DNA of 62,604 bases, filler included, from Vannella sp. (Eukaryota), in the NCBI GenBank assembly GCA_023345925.1. It is 7 parts of 7 records of this genome, joined end to end, with 100 filler letters (N's around TTAATTAATTAA, not from the genome) between each part and the next. Parts side by side here need not be neighbours in the genome. Positions count along the whole stretch, not along the records: positions 17,244 to 26,545 come from JAJQQN010000258.1; positions 26,646 to 35,267 come from JAJQQN010000159.1; 5 more parts are not named here. The stretch is one strand, 5' to 3'. A model generated the notes under the pieces. The model was not told the DNA's origin. It ran no database searches and was given only the letters and a program-made list of their open reading frames with translations. Position 1 is the stretch's first letter. Every line of letters begins with the position of its first letter. The translations under genes and the position numbers were made by a program. This document shows positions 21,801 through 33,500 of this stretch, piece after piece.

Positions 21801-24800
21801 CAAACTCACCTTTAGCCACACCCAATGCAGGCAAAGGCAATACTGCAATATCTTGAGGCGATTGAACCTTAACCAAACTCTTCTTCGCAGAAAGGAACAG
21901 AAGAGCTCATTCTCTCTCGTTCCCTCAAAATCCAAAAATCCTCAAGATGGGGTTGAGGCCTTCAGTGGCCCATTTGGAAACGTCGGGATGCCTATTGACT
22001 GTTTACAAGGTCTATCCTTCCCAGTTGTTCGCTTAGTTCTATCGAATCTGGGTCTCACTGATGTCCCCAACCTAAGCGGACTATCTTATTTGGAAGAGTT
22101 GGTTTTGTCCAGAAACAGGTTGAAAGAGTATTCTCTCCCTGCCCACGCTGAATCCTTGAGAGTACTTGACCTATCATTTAATCTGTTGGAATCCATACCA
22201 AAGTGTCTGGAGAACCACGTTGGCCTTCGTACCTTGCACCTCAATCGGAACCAGATTACAGATACTTCTGAAATCGTCGTATTGGCTTCGATGAAGTTCC
22301 TGATGATTCTGAATCTTGCAGGAAACTGGATCAACTCCATTCCTCTGGCAGCTTTGCAGAATCTCAAACTGAGTCGGCTCAATCAATTCTACATTGAAGA
22401 GAATTCAATGCATCCTGTTAAGGCTGAGCTTTATCGTGCTTTCTTTTTACAGTCCGATACGTTGGATCTTAGTGACACTGGACTGGTGAGCTTACCAAAC
22501 GACTTTATGTATTTAAGTCAATTCCTGCGAAGACTGAACTTATCTCGCAATCAAATCAGTCAAATGCCTCCCCAATTATGCGCTTTATCTAATCTTCGCC
22601 ACGTCTTACTCAAAGACAACAACTTTCAAGACATCGAAGATGTTTCTCTCCCATCCTCTTCAGATCAATTGCAAGTCTTGATGAGCAACAACGAGTTCAG
22701 CCGCCGAAAGCGCATCGAATCCGCTGAGAGAAATGCCAGGTCTTCAAGAAGACAAAGCCGTAGATTGAGTACAATGAGTGATCTTCGAGATCTCTCTGGA
22801 ATGGCCGTCGCAAGAGCAAAATCTATGCTTTGGGACGAAGAGGAAGAATGCCATTCGGAAGAATTCTGCCCAGATGACCAGGAGGGTGAGCTTCTAGAGT
22901 CTCTCTCGCCCCGATCCTCCATTGGAGGCTCAAGAGGGACATTAGATGTGTCTTCAGAAGTGAAAGCTGATAGCCGCAGTGCCCGCAATCGCATCTTTAA
23001 ATTGGTAAAGATCATGCACGTGGGAGAAGACAATCAATTGGCCAACTTCGCCTTTGATTGTCTGCCAACTCTGAAAGAAGTTGATTCCAATCGCTCTGTT
23101 GCCATGGGAACTCATCCTGTAAGGTGCTCTCTCCCAAGCTTTTGTCAATGCCAGTCGAAGCACTGTTCTAGTAAGACAATTAACATTGAGTTGTACCGGC
23201 TTCCTCTCACTCAGATGGAAATGTGGAACTTCTGCGGCGTCGACACGCTTCAAATTCAATTCTTCCCCAACGAGGAGGCCATTTACGTTGTTTACTTTGA
23301 CCAGGGAAAGCCTGTCGAACCTCAAGTCACGCCGCATTTACAAATTATTCATTCAAGCTGTGTAAAGCCGTTTGTGATTCTGGCAGGCTTCACTTCCTCA
23401 CAGAGTGACTCTCAATTGTCTTCGGAAGACCTCAAAAACGAAGTAGCAGCCATTCAACAACGTGGATTCCGGTCTATACGATTTGTCCATCTTCTAGAGA
23501 TGACACCAACCGGTCTGAGCCAACTTTTAGGTTCTATTGTGACCATCATTCGAGCTGAAAAGAGTCTTTCTATCCAACTCAATACCAAGGACAAAATGCT
23601 GATCGATGTTATCGAGAATGAGAAGGAATATGTCACTCCCCCTATTGTGTCTTACAGTGATCTCTCGGCCATGGCGCGCAACTGCTGCCTGGACTCATTC
23701 TCAGAACCAAAGCCAATCGTTAGGTATCTGAGCAAGATTGGAAGGGTTCTCTTCATTGATGACCACAACCTGGGTCTGACTGATGTTGTGATTCTGAACC
23801 GTAACTGGGCAGTCTCAGCTTGCCTGGAACTTCTGTGCAATGCCACTGTTCTCACGGACGGCGTTATCTCTTTATCTAATCTTGGATACATCTGGAAGCC
23901 TCCCTGCTACCCAACGCAGTTTCTTGGCACCATTTCTGCCTTATTAATCAAGTATGAGATCGCGTGCGTTATTGAAACTACTGAAGGGCCTTCTCTTCTA
24001 TTTCCCTCTAAGATGCCTTTGGAGAGACCCCTTCTCTTTGATTTGTGGCCTTCTCCCCAAGACTATTTCAGGTTACCTTCATTGCTTGAGCACCCCCAGC
24101 CCCAACTGGGGAGGCGCTTGACCTTCATGCCAAGGGCTCCTCCCCACAACTTTATGGGTCGATTGATTGTGCGATTGCTGAAGCTTAGTGTGGCATCAAG
24201 ATATTGGCAAAACGGAATCGTGATAGAGAGAGAAGGCAACCGCGTGCTTGTTGAGCTCTGTCCATGCACAGCTACAGTAACTTTCCAGTTCCGCCGCATT
24301 TCTCCTGGTCAAACAGACGAAGGAACTTTGATCCCATTTGTTCGATTGGTGATGGAGATTGCTCGGCTCCTGACAGAGAGTTATCGAGTTCCTTTTGAAT
24401 TCTCCGTTCTATCTTTGAGTCCTTTGCTTGGTATGCAAGAGACCCTCGATCTCCCAGAAGCGAAGGTGTATCAAGATCTCTTAGATAATGTTTATCACAC
24501 TACTGGACCACAGGGAGAGAAGATCCTCTATTCAGATATTGCTCCTGATATCCTTTTATGCGACCTTTGGGGCGATAAGATTGACTTTGAGGATGTTCAA
24601 ATGAACGCAGTGGTGGGACAAGGGGCCTTTGGCAAAGTGTACCGGGGTGTTTACCTTCCTACTCAGACGGAAGTTGCAATCAAGGAAATGCAAAACCTCG
24701 ACAGCGAAGCTCTTCAAGCATTCAGCCGCGAGGTTTGGATGTTGCAGTAAGTTATCTCAAAGCTTCACCAAGTGCAAGTCTAACCTGACTCATTCCAGCG

Positions 24801-25605
24801 CCCTTAAACACAAAAACATTGCGGGACTTGTTGGTTTCTCCTGGCAGCCTCTGGGGGTAGTGCTAGAATTCATCCCTTTTGGTGACCTTTATGGGTTCTT
24901 GAAAGATCAAAGCAACCTCCTCGATTGGCCTTTGCGGTTGAAGATGGCACGTTTCTCTGTCTTTGTTCACAGGCCTCTTTTAACTTCTCAGTAGGCTGAA
25001 GATATCGCCTCTGGTATGACTTACATGCATGACCATGAACCTGTTATTGTTCATCGAGACCTCAAAACACCCAACTGCCTTGTAAGCTGGACTATTGCGA
25101 AAGATAAGTGTTCTAACAACAGAATTCAGATATCCAGCTTCTCTCTCGATGAGGTGACGGTCAAAGTCACTGACTTGGGAGAATCCATGCTCCTCTCTGA
25201 AGCCAACACTGGTCGCGGGAACCTTCAAAATCCGATCTGGATGGCTCCTGAAATCTTACGAGGCGAGTTTTATGACCAATCCTCTGATGTTTACAGCTTT
25301 GGCATCATCTTATGGGAACTGGTGGCTCGACAACTTCCATTCTCAGAATTTCCTGTTGCTGCGTCCCCCTTCAAGTCCCAGGTGAGATCATTCAAGGAGT
25401 GAGTAGGTCAAACAGAATTCTGACCTGGAGATGGGTTCAGTTGGAAGACGCAATTGTCGATGGGCTTCGACCAACAGTGCCAAAAGATTGCCCTCAAAAG
25501 TATGCGGAACTGATCGGAGAGTGTTGGAGCGACATTCCTCAATCCCGCCCAAAGTTCCCCGTCATACTTGAACGCATCCAGGAGATGCGTTTCATTGACA
25601 AATGA
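18823..25605 (+). CDS. Roco-family protein: DEP - pseudokinase - degenerate GTPase-like region - RNI-like LRR - LRR - degenerate Roc - COR - TKL kinase (multi-exon; start uncertain)
   Basis: DEP (RKYMLRTYKNCFVG...FKDKYLFYEF); kinase fold lacking HRD/DFG; LRRs; COR (PHNFMGRLIVRL, YWQNG, IAPD); terminal kinase GQGAFG/VAIKE/HRDLKTPN/DLG/APE. A GT-AG intron at about 21621-21668 joins the two large ORFs. Confidence 0.82.
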
Positions 25606-26002
25606 ATGTTGACTATGTTATTACTACCCTGCTCCAATGTTTTCTGTCACTGCCATGTTAGTGCGAGTTGCAGGGCATCAGCCTCCTTAGTCTCTGGGAC
25701 GGAGAGGAGCGCAGAAAGAGCTAGATCAATTAAGCAACAGCTAAACACTCCATCATTGCGCCAAACAGCCTAAGCAGCTTGGTGGGTGACCGTGACGAAG
25801 CACTTTTGTTTTCCCATAATTATTGCAATCCTCGGGAAATGTTGTATATGAACCGGTGAGGGAAGTATAAAGTGGAGATTGGTGAAGACTTCATCCAGCA
25901 ATTGTTATTACAACCATTTGGTTCTCTTCGGGGAAAAATTACTTCAACGAAGTCTGTTCCATCTCTTTTTGTGGAGAAGGAGCTTTGAGACTTTTGGTTT
26001 CT

Positions 26003-26406
26003 TCAGAAGTAGAGGAGTGGATCGTCGAGAGACTTTCCACATTGCAGAGCTTTGAGAGAAACGGAGCTTTGGAGGTCTGGAAAGGGTGAGACGAGGAAGC
26101 TGGAGGTCACTCACTCACCCCGATAGATACGAGCGTGGACGTAGTCCTCGCTTCCAACTCGCACTTTGACAAAGAAATTAGTCCCTGCCACGACCTTTAA
26201 GGGAGTGTGAGACAAAGGAAACATCCAACGACGAGAAGTTCCTGAGTAGCGACCGAAACTGCTTCAAACACTTCAAAGCTGCTTCCTGCTTCGAGCTCCA
26301 TCTCTGCTTTGACCTTGCAAATGAGATTCTGGGTCTCCTCTGTCGCAGGTTTGGCAGACGCTACTCCTCCCGTCTTCTCAGGTTTGGCAGGCGCTACTCC
26401 TCCCAT
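26003..26406 (-). CDS. Stefin-type cystatin (cysteine protease inhibitor), 2 introns
   Basis: N-terminal GG, TQ|VVAGTNFFVKV, YVHARIYR and C-terminal KSLDDPLLYF*. Confidence 0.88.
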
Positions 26407-26545
26407 CGCTCCTAACAAGGAAATAGTTATTCTTCTTGCAATTTTCCCACGTGAATAGAGACTCGAGTCAAAGGTGAGGAGTGAAAAAAGGAATGTAATG
26501 ATAATGTGGAAATTTGTCCACAAATTGTGTAATTGTGTCAACATG

Positions 26546-26645
26546 NNNNNNNNNNNNNNNNNNNNNNNNNNNNNNNNNNNNNNNNNNNNTTAATTAATTA
26601 ANNNNNNNNNNNNNNNNNNNNNNNNNNNNNNNNNNNNNNNNNNNN
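26546..26645. other. Artificial contig spacer
   Basis: Same 100-nt N/TTAATTAATTAA/N linker. Confidence 0.98.
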
Positions 26646-27100
26646 ACTGGAAAGGTTTCCATCTTTGATTTGTCTCAGATTGCTTCCGAGAGTCAACCTG
26701 CAGGCTTCGGGACGATCGTAGGAGACTCCATCACGGATGAGGAAGGCTCCACCAACCAGGGGCTGACTATCTCATTGCAGCGAGGTTTGGAAACGCAAGT
26801 GAAGCTCAGCTGATCCGCGTGGACTTCAAGAGCCCAAACCAGCCCCAAGTGATTCAACTTCAAGGAGAATTTGGATACCCGGACTCCATCGTATTCGACG
26901 ATAAAGGAGATCTTTGGATTGCTGGGTGGTTCCGGTACTACCAGATTCGTTCCAAGGATAACTGGAGAACCGCTCGAGTGATATCTGCCTTCGATATTCC
27001 ACCTGGATTCGACTTGTGCACTGCTGTGTGGAATGTCGATGGGACAATCCATGGAATGTGCAACAGGAACTTCTCTCCTGAAGGCCCTTACTTGGGCTAA
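26646..27100 (+). CDS. 3' fragment of a beta-propeller protein (SMP-30/gluconolactonase-like)
   Basis: GYPDSIVFDDKGDLWIA blade motif; 5' end lost in the gap. Confidence 0.45.
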
Positions 27101-27265
27101 ACAGCAAGCCAGAGTCAACAAAGAATGATGACAGTGCCGGCATTCTAGTCCACATCAGCGTTCTCTTCGCCTTTACCCTCCTCCTTCTCTAAAGAGTGTA
27201 TCGGGTGATACTTCACAGTAAAGTTTCTTCGTTAGATCTCTTTGAGTCGAAGAGAGAACCTATCA

Positions 27266-27996
27266 ATGCAGTCTTTGATGGGTTCGGGGAGTTGGGTGCT
27301 CTTGTGGGTGTTTAGTTTGGTTATGTGGAGCGTATGCGCTACTGTAGACATGCACGCACCGTCTCACTTTCAAGTGAAGTTTGTGACATCAAAAGGAGCG
27401 TTCGTTGTCGGTAGGAGATGGTCTGGGGAGGGAGCGGCACCAAGTTGACTCTTTGCAGACGTACAGAAGGCTTGGGCGCCACTAGCGGCTGATCGCTTCT
27501 TCACACTAGTGAGCAAGGGCTTCTACAATGACTGTGCCATCTTCCGGGTGGTCCCCAACTATGTAGCACAGTGGGGCATCAATGGGGATCCCGCCACCAA
27601 CGAGTTCTGGCGTTCTCAGGTATTGAAGGACGAGCCAGGTGAGTCTTAGCTTCGCTATGAAGTCATTCTACCTTTGAGAGCTTCATTTGACGCTCCAAAG
27701 TGGTAGAAACGAACGCACGCGGCACAGTTGTGTTTGCTGCTGGCGGTCCGGACACGCGGAGCATGCAGATCTTTATCAACCTCAAAGACAACTTCGCCCT
27801 TGACCAACACAACTTCCAAGTCTTCGGGAAGGTCATCAGTGGAATGGAGGATGTCGTAGATCACTTTGAGAGCAAATACCATCGCATGAAGGTCGACCAA
27901 CACGCAGCCATGACTCACGGCAACACCTTCTTTGAGATGAGCATGCCAGACGTCGACTACATCTTCGAAACATCCATCGTCTTGTACGAGCACTAA
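27266..27996 (+). CDS. Cyclophilin-type peptidyl-prolyl isomerase with signal peptide (2 introns)
   Basis: VKFVTSKG, WAPLAADRF, FYNDCAIFRVVPNYVAQWG, RSMQIFIN and FGKVISGM motifs. Confidence 0.88.
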
Positions 27997-28135
27997 AAGC
28001 TCTTTTCCCGCCATTTCCTCCCCTTTTCCCGCCTTTTTTGCCCTCTTCCCTTCCATCCCTTTGAACGTTCCCTTTTGGTTCATCAATCGGTTCTCAGGTG
28101 CTTAGTGAAGGACCTGAGATGAAAACAGTGTTTGG

Positions 28136-29395
28136 ATGGCTTGGCGGGTGGGCGTGAGGTCTTGCCAGACGATTGCCGCTGGTGTGGAGGCTCGTTCGCC
28201 GCTTGTGAAGGCGAATATGACGATCTCTGCGTTAGTGAAGAAGGGAAGAATGGACAAAGCGATGAGCTCGTTGGGGTGGATGAAACACAACGGGATCGCC
28301 CCTGATGTGGTCACTTACACTGCTCTAGTCGATGGTTTCCTTCGGAAAGGGGATTTCGCTCGAGCTGAGAACCTTTTGAATCAGATGAAGCGGGTTGGGG
28401 TCGCCCCGAACGTTGTTACAATGACCACAATGATCCGCCAGCTTGGCCTGGCTGGAGAGACGCAGAAAGCCATGGATACGCTCGCTTCTATGCATTCTAT
28501 GGGTGCGACTCCTAACGTTGTCACTTATACCACCTTCATTGAGTCACTGCTGCAGAAGGGGCAGTTGGAAGAAGCGGTAAAAGTGCTCGATCTGATGCAG
28601 ACAGAAGGCGTGGAGGCTGATGTGGTGGTCTACACAAGTGTGATCACTTTTTTCTACCAGACTGGCAAGGTTGAGCGAGGCAACCAGCTCTTACAGGAGA
28701 TGCAGGGGCGCGGCATTCACCCAAATGTGGTGACTTACTCCTCCCTCATGAACATACTGTTCTCCAGAGGGCAACTAGAGGAAGCTGAAGCCATGCTAGA
28801 CACAATGAGGAATCAAGGAATAGCTCCCAACGTTGTCACGTACAACACTCTCATCCATTCTCTTCTCCAACACCACAATCTGGACAGAGCACAAGCTATA
28901 CTGGCTGAAATGGGTCAAATGAAGATCAAGCCTGATATACAGACCTACACAATGCTACTACAAGCCTTTTACTTGGCTGACCGCTGCCAGGAAGCTGCGG
29001 CCATGCGGGAAGACATGAAGAAGAACCGAGTCCGACCGAATTTGCACACTTTCTCGTCCATAGTGGATGCTCACTGCAAGAAAGGAAGGATGCAAGATGC
29101 TCTGAAAACTCTAGAAGAGATGAAAGCGGCAAAGATAGCTCCCAATGTGTATACCTTCACTTCTCTCATTAATGGGCTGTGCCGTGCCAACCGCATAGAC
29201 CAAGCGGTTGAAAAGTTCAAAGAGATGAAAAAGGGGGGAATTCAGCCAACTGTAGTCACCTACACTACTTTGCTCCGCGCGTTCCACTCCCAAAGACTCT
29301 TCGATGAAGCTCAAAGACTCCTCCAGGAGATGGAAGAAGACGGCATCCAACCTAATGAACGCACAAATCGAGTTATTGCACTCTTGCGCAAGTGA
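28136..29395 (+). CDS. P-class pentatricopeptide repeat protein (about 11 repeats), probably mitochondrial
   Basis: Regular 35-aa repeats VVTYT.L...G....A......M...G..PN; basic N-terminal extension. Confidence 0.95.
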   Translation: MAWRVGVRSCQTIAAGVEARSPLVKANMTISALVKKGRMDKAMSSLGWMKHNGIAPDVVTYTALVDGFLRKGDFARAENLLNQMKRVGVAPNVVTMTTMIRQLGLAGETQKAMDTLASMHSMGATPNVVTYTTFIESLLQKGQLEEAVKVLDLMQTEGVEADVVVYTSVITFFYQTGKVERGNQLLQEMQGRGIHPNVVTYSSLMNILFSRGQLEEAEAMLDTMRNQGIAPNVVTYNTLIHSLLQHHNLDRAQAILAEMGQMKIKPDIQTYTMLLQAFYLADRCQEAAAMREDMKKNRVRPNLHTFSSIVDAHCKKGRMQDALKTLEEMKAAKIAPNVYTFTSLINGLCRANRIDQAVEKFKEMKKGGIQPTVVTYTTLLRAFHSQRLFDEAQRLLQEMEEDGIQPNERTNRVIALLRK

Positions 29396-29521
29396 CTTGC
29401 ACCTTTCCGCCGCGTTTTAGACATCAAGAGACCTCAGCTGTCACCAAAGACCTTACTTTCCTTTTATAACTTGAAAATAGAAGCTAAATAGACTGTAGGA
29501 GCTCAGAAAGGGCCATTTTTT

Positions 29522-30409
29522 GATGTCCTTGGGTCGCTGCATCCGCCAGTGGTGGCTGGTGGTTGTCATTGTCGTGGGAATGTTCGGGACGCTGCGCTTC
29601 TTCCAGTTCACTCCTCCACCACCACTCAAGGGAGTAGTCTACTGTAGGTTGCTTGGGTTCTTGCAGGGATCAGGTACTGATCGACCACAGCGTCAGAGGC
29701 GCCCTGCGACAAAAGGTTCGATCCTGCTCAGGTGCAGCGTGTGAGCTGGGTGCCTCGTGTCTTCTTCTATGAGAACTTCTTAAGTGACGAGGAGTGTGCC
29801 CACTTCATAGCTAAAGGCCTCGCGAATGGCTTAGAGAGGTCCAAAGTGGCGATAGGAAAGTCGAAGACCGGGGAAGCTGCGGAGGCTCGGACGAGCTTTG
29901 GAACGTTTATCATGGATGACAGTGACGAGATTGTCCGTGGAGTGGAGTCTCGAATCGCCAAGTGGACGCAGCTTCCCATTGAGCATGGCGAGGTCGGTTC
30001 CCCTTCCTCTCTCCTCGCCCTGGCTTGCTGCTGATAGAGCTCCCAGAACTTCTACCTGCTTCGTTATGAAGCTGGTCAAGAGTACAAACCTCATCATGAC
30101 TACTTTCACCGAGAGCTGGAAGGAGTCGAGAAATATCTGGGCCACAGCGGCCAGCGGTTGGCGACCGTTCTCATGTACTTGGAGACGCCCACCAAAGGGG
30201 GTGCGACCATCTTCCCTGCTTTAGATGTTAAGATTGAGGCGCGGAAGGGTCTAGCAGTTCTCTTTTACAGCCTGGATCCTTCGGGTGTGGAAGATGTCAA
30301 CTCATTACATGGCGGCATGCCTGTGGAAGAGGGCACTAAGTGGTGCTTGACCAAATGGATCCGAATCATGCACCATCATAATCGCAATCCTCTGGGCGAC
30401 ACCAATTGA
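29522..30409 (+). CDS. Prolyl 4-hydroxylase, type II membrane (2 introns)
   Basis: SWVPRVFFYENFLSDEEC, RTSFGTF, YKPHHDYF, RLATVLMYL, HGGMPV and KWCLTKWIR motifs. Confidence 0.92.
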
Positions 30410-30533
30410 GCGGGGCGCTGGTCTAAAGGTGAATATTCTATTCAAGGGCGAAGTGAATTACTGCATTGCAGTGGCACACTTGTGGAAGGGATTTGAAGAA
30501 GGATGGTTGAAAGCACGGATGAGAAACGTATCT

Positions 30534-33500
30534 TTACTGCATATCTTCGAGCTGGTTGGCCAAAAGGCTAATCACGGGGTTGGATGAATTCAGGAAGCGG
30601 TCCAGATTGATTGCAGAGAGTGCTTGAGATACGGTAAGGCTGCTGGCATCTAAAGGAGAATGAGATGGAGATATGATAAGGGAAGATGAGGTTAACGCAC
30701 CGCTGCACATAAAGTTAATCAACGCAGTCAAGCTGCTGGAAATTGAAGCTTCGTCATTTTGAAGACGTTTGATGAAGAAAGAGATAACTCCACACTCCCG
30801 AAGAGTGTCAATACAGCCTTCATCGAAGGATAGATTGTGGAATAGGATGGCTGCTCGACCCAAAAGGCCGTCATCCATTGGAGAGAGTTGGAGTAGCCCG
30901 AAAACACTTTGAATGCCCTCACTCTGGCAAAGCTTTTCTCGACAACCGGAATCTACTAGGAGGTTTCTGAACACATCCAAAATGAGATTCTGGATAACAG
31001 CGCTGGTGTCTGGTAGAAGAGCTACGAGGTGCTCAATGATACCAAGCTCCAGAGCTTTCTGGCGGAGAGCACTCGTGAGGGCACAATTTTTCGTGAAACG
31101 AAGCAGTGGAAGAAGGATATTCTCTGGAGGTCCATTGGGAAGGGATTGGAAGACTTCTTTCAGAATCTGCGGCTTTTTTTCTAAAATCTGGCGCCCTTCC
31201 GCATCAAGTAAAAAGTTGGCGAGGCAGTGGAGCGCGAGTGCCTGAAGAGCTGGAGAATTGTTCAAGAATAGAGCGCAAACATCGATGGCTGACGCATCAA
31301 CAAAGCTCTTGCGCAGACGGCGAGAGTTGGAGAGGAGGTGACAACTCTTCAAAAGTGGTTCCAGTAGTTCGCTGTCTTTCGGAATGGATTTCATGAGGTT
31401 AAGAGCTGGTTGAACTACTTTTGCAAACAGTGGAGAGGAAGGCTGGCAGAGTTTGGTCAGCAAATGAGCAGCAATAGAATGCACCTTTTGGTCAGAAGAG
31501 GATAGCAACTGAGCCAGAGATTCTGGAAGTTGCTGGTCACTTTGAAGACTTTCGTTAATCGATCCAATGCTACCAAGATGCTCCAAAGCAACTGCTGCAC
31601 TCAACATGAAAGAGGCATTGGAATCGGCTTCAGAAAGGAAATGTGCAAAGTATTTCAGAGACTGACTGTACCGGAACATGTCCAATGCGTTCTTCTGTTC
31701 GTTGATCAGGTTTGAGAGTGCGCGGTTCACTTCTTGTTGGAGCAGAGTCGAGTGCGTGCCTGATTCCATCAAAGCAATAAGGAGGGAAACAACGCCTCTC
31801 TCGGCAATAAGGCTCAAATGGCTGGCATTCTCACTTAGATTAGCCACAATTGTTGCTGCACCTTCCTGGGATACAGAACTCTCTTGCGGTGCTAAGAATC
31901 TAACAGCAGAATCCAATCCTCCCAGTTGAATGACAGACAGCCCACATTCTAGATTGCTTGAAAGCAGAGTTAAAACGGCCAATCCTTTCACTCTTACTTC
32001 ATGATTCGAAGAGGCAAGAACGATTTGAATCAAAGAAGTAAGTCCGTCGCTTTCAATAACCAAATCACGACCCTGTGATTCAGAAGCTATCTTAGCTAGC
32101 TCCTCAGCAGCTCTGATTTGAGCTTTGTCACTGGCCCAGCTGGCCAACTTGAGAAGAAGAGCGATTCCTCCAATGGTGAGAGCACTTTGCCAGGTTTCTT
32201 CTTCGAGGCACACATTGGAGACGAGAATGGCGCCAGCTTTTCTGATCTCCAAATCCTCGCTTTCTGTCTGCTCGATAAGTTTTTGAAGCATTTCCTTAGA
32301 TTCAGCTAAAGATCCCAATTTGCAGGAAGGAGAAAGATTGCTCAAGGTCAAGCACACCTGCTTGCGCAAAGATGACTGGTCCGCACTGAGAAGCTGGAAA
32401 AGAATTGGCAATGCACCAGCCTCGATGATGGCTGCCCAACTTTCCTGAACACTTGAGATACTGCCAAGCATCGTGGCCGCTCCTAGTTGGCTTGTCTTGA
32501 CAGGTCCTTTCAGAAAGTTAACAAGGCGAGGGATTCCACCGATAGCTATGATTGACTGAATCAATCCAGGCTCGTGGATAATCGAATTGAGGATATCAAC
32601 CGCAAAACGAACAACGGTGGCGTTTCCAAGAATGATTTCGTTTTCCAGAATAGTGAAAAGCTGCCTCACCACGCCCAGCTGAATCAAGTACTCTCTACAG
32701 GCGGGTATTTCTGCGACGTAAGAGAGAATCTCAGAGCTATTCTCCACGTTACGAATGTACTGAGATTGGAGCAGCTGTACAAGATTTGGTAAAAAACTGC
32801 TGTGATTAAGTGAAGCACAAAGGGCAGGGACTCCTCGAAGAATTGCAGTCGCAGAGGAGCCGGCAGCCAGCCGGATTTCCGCATTCTCGTCTGAAAGGAG
32901 GCTGGAGACTAGAACAATACACGGTTCAAACGAAAATTGGCGGACATAAACCTCTTGGCTTGTAATACGTCCCAGAACTTGGAGTGATAGCAAGCGGATG
33001 GGAACATGCTCAGAAGAGATGCTGCTCATGAGAAATCCAATGTCTCGGCCTGCCATGACCATTTCAATGAAGGAGTTATCACACTCAAACAGACGAAGTA
33101 AAACAGTCAAAGTGCTTTCCATCACACTGGCGCGAGAGTTACAGAGAAGCCCGAGAATCGCTTGAATAAAATCACCAGAAAGGTATCCCATTAAGAGGCT
33201 GGGCATCTCTGAAAGGGCAACCAGCAGGGATAGAGCCGCTCCTTGGAGCAAAAGGTCCGAAGAGTTCAAGAGTTGACTCACATGAACAAAGTTGTGAGAT
33301 GAGACAAGTTCCTTTGCGTTGTCCGTGTTCTTATGAATCACATTGCTCAAAATGCAGAGAGCTTTCTGCTTATGAGTACCACTAGAGGAAGACAGAATCA
33401 GAGCCACATGGCCGATACCCCCTTTCTCTCTCATTAAGGGGATTGCCTCCTCATTGGGAGAGACAGAGAGAATGAGGGATAGACAGTAATCTATAACCTC

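Noticed and set aside
28136..29395. 105-nt periodicity that could be mistaken for a CRISPR or tandem DNA repeat
   Set aside because: Explained by protein-level PPR repeats. I saw no CRISPR array, rRNA or tRNA gene in the window.
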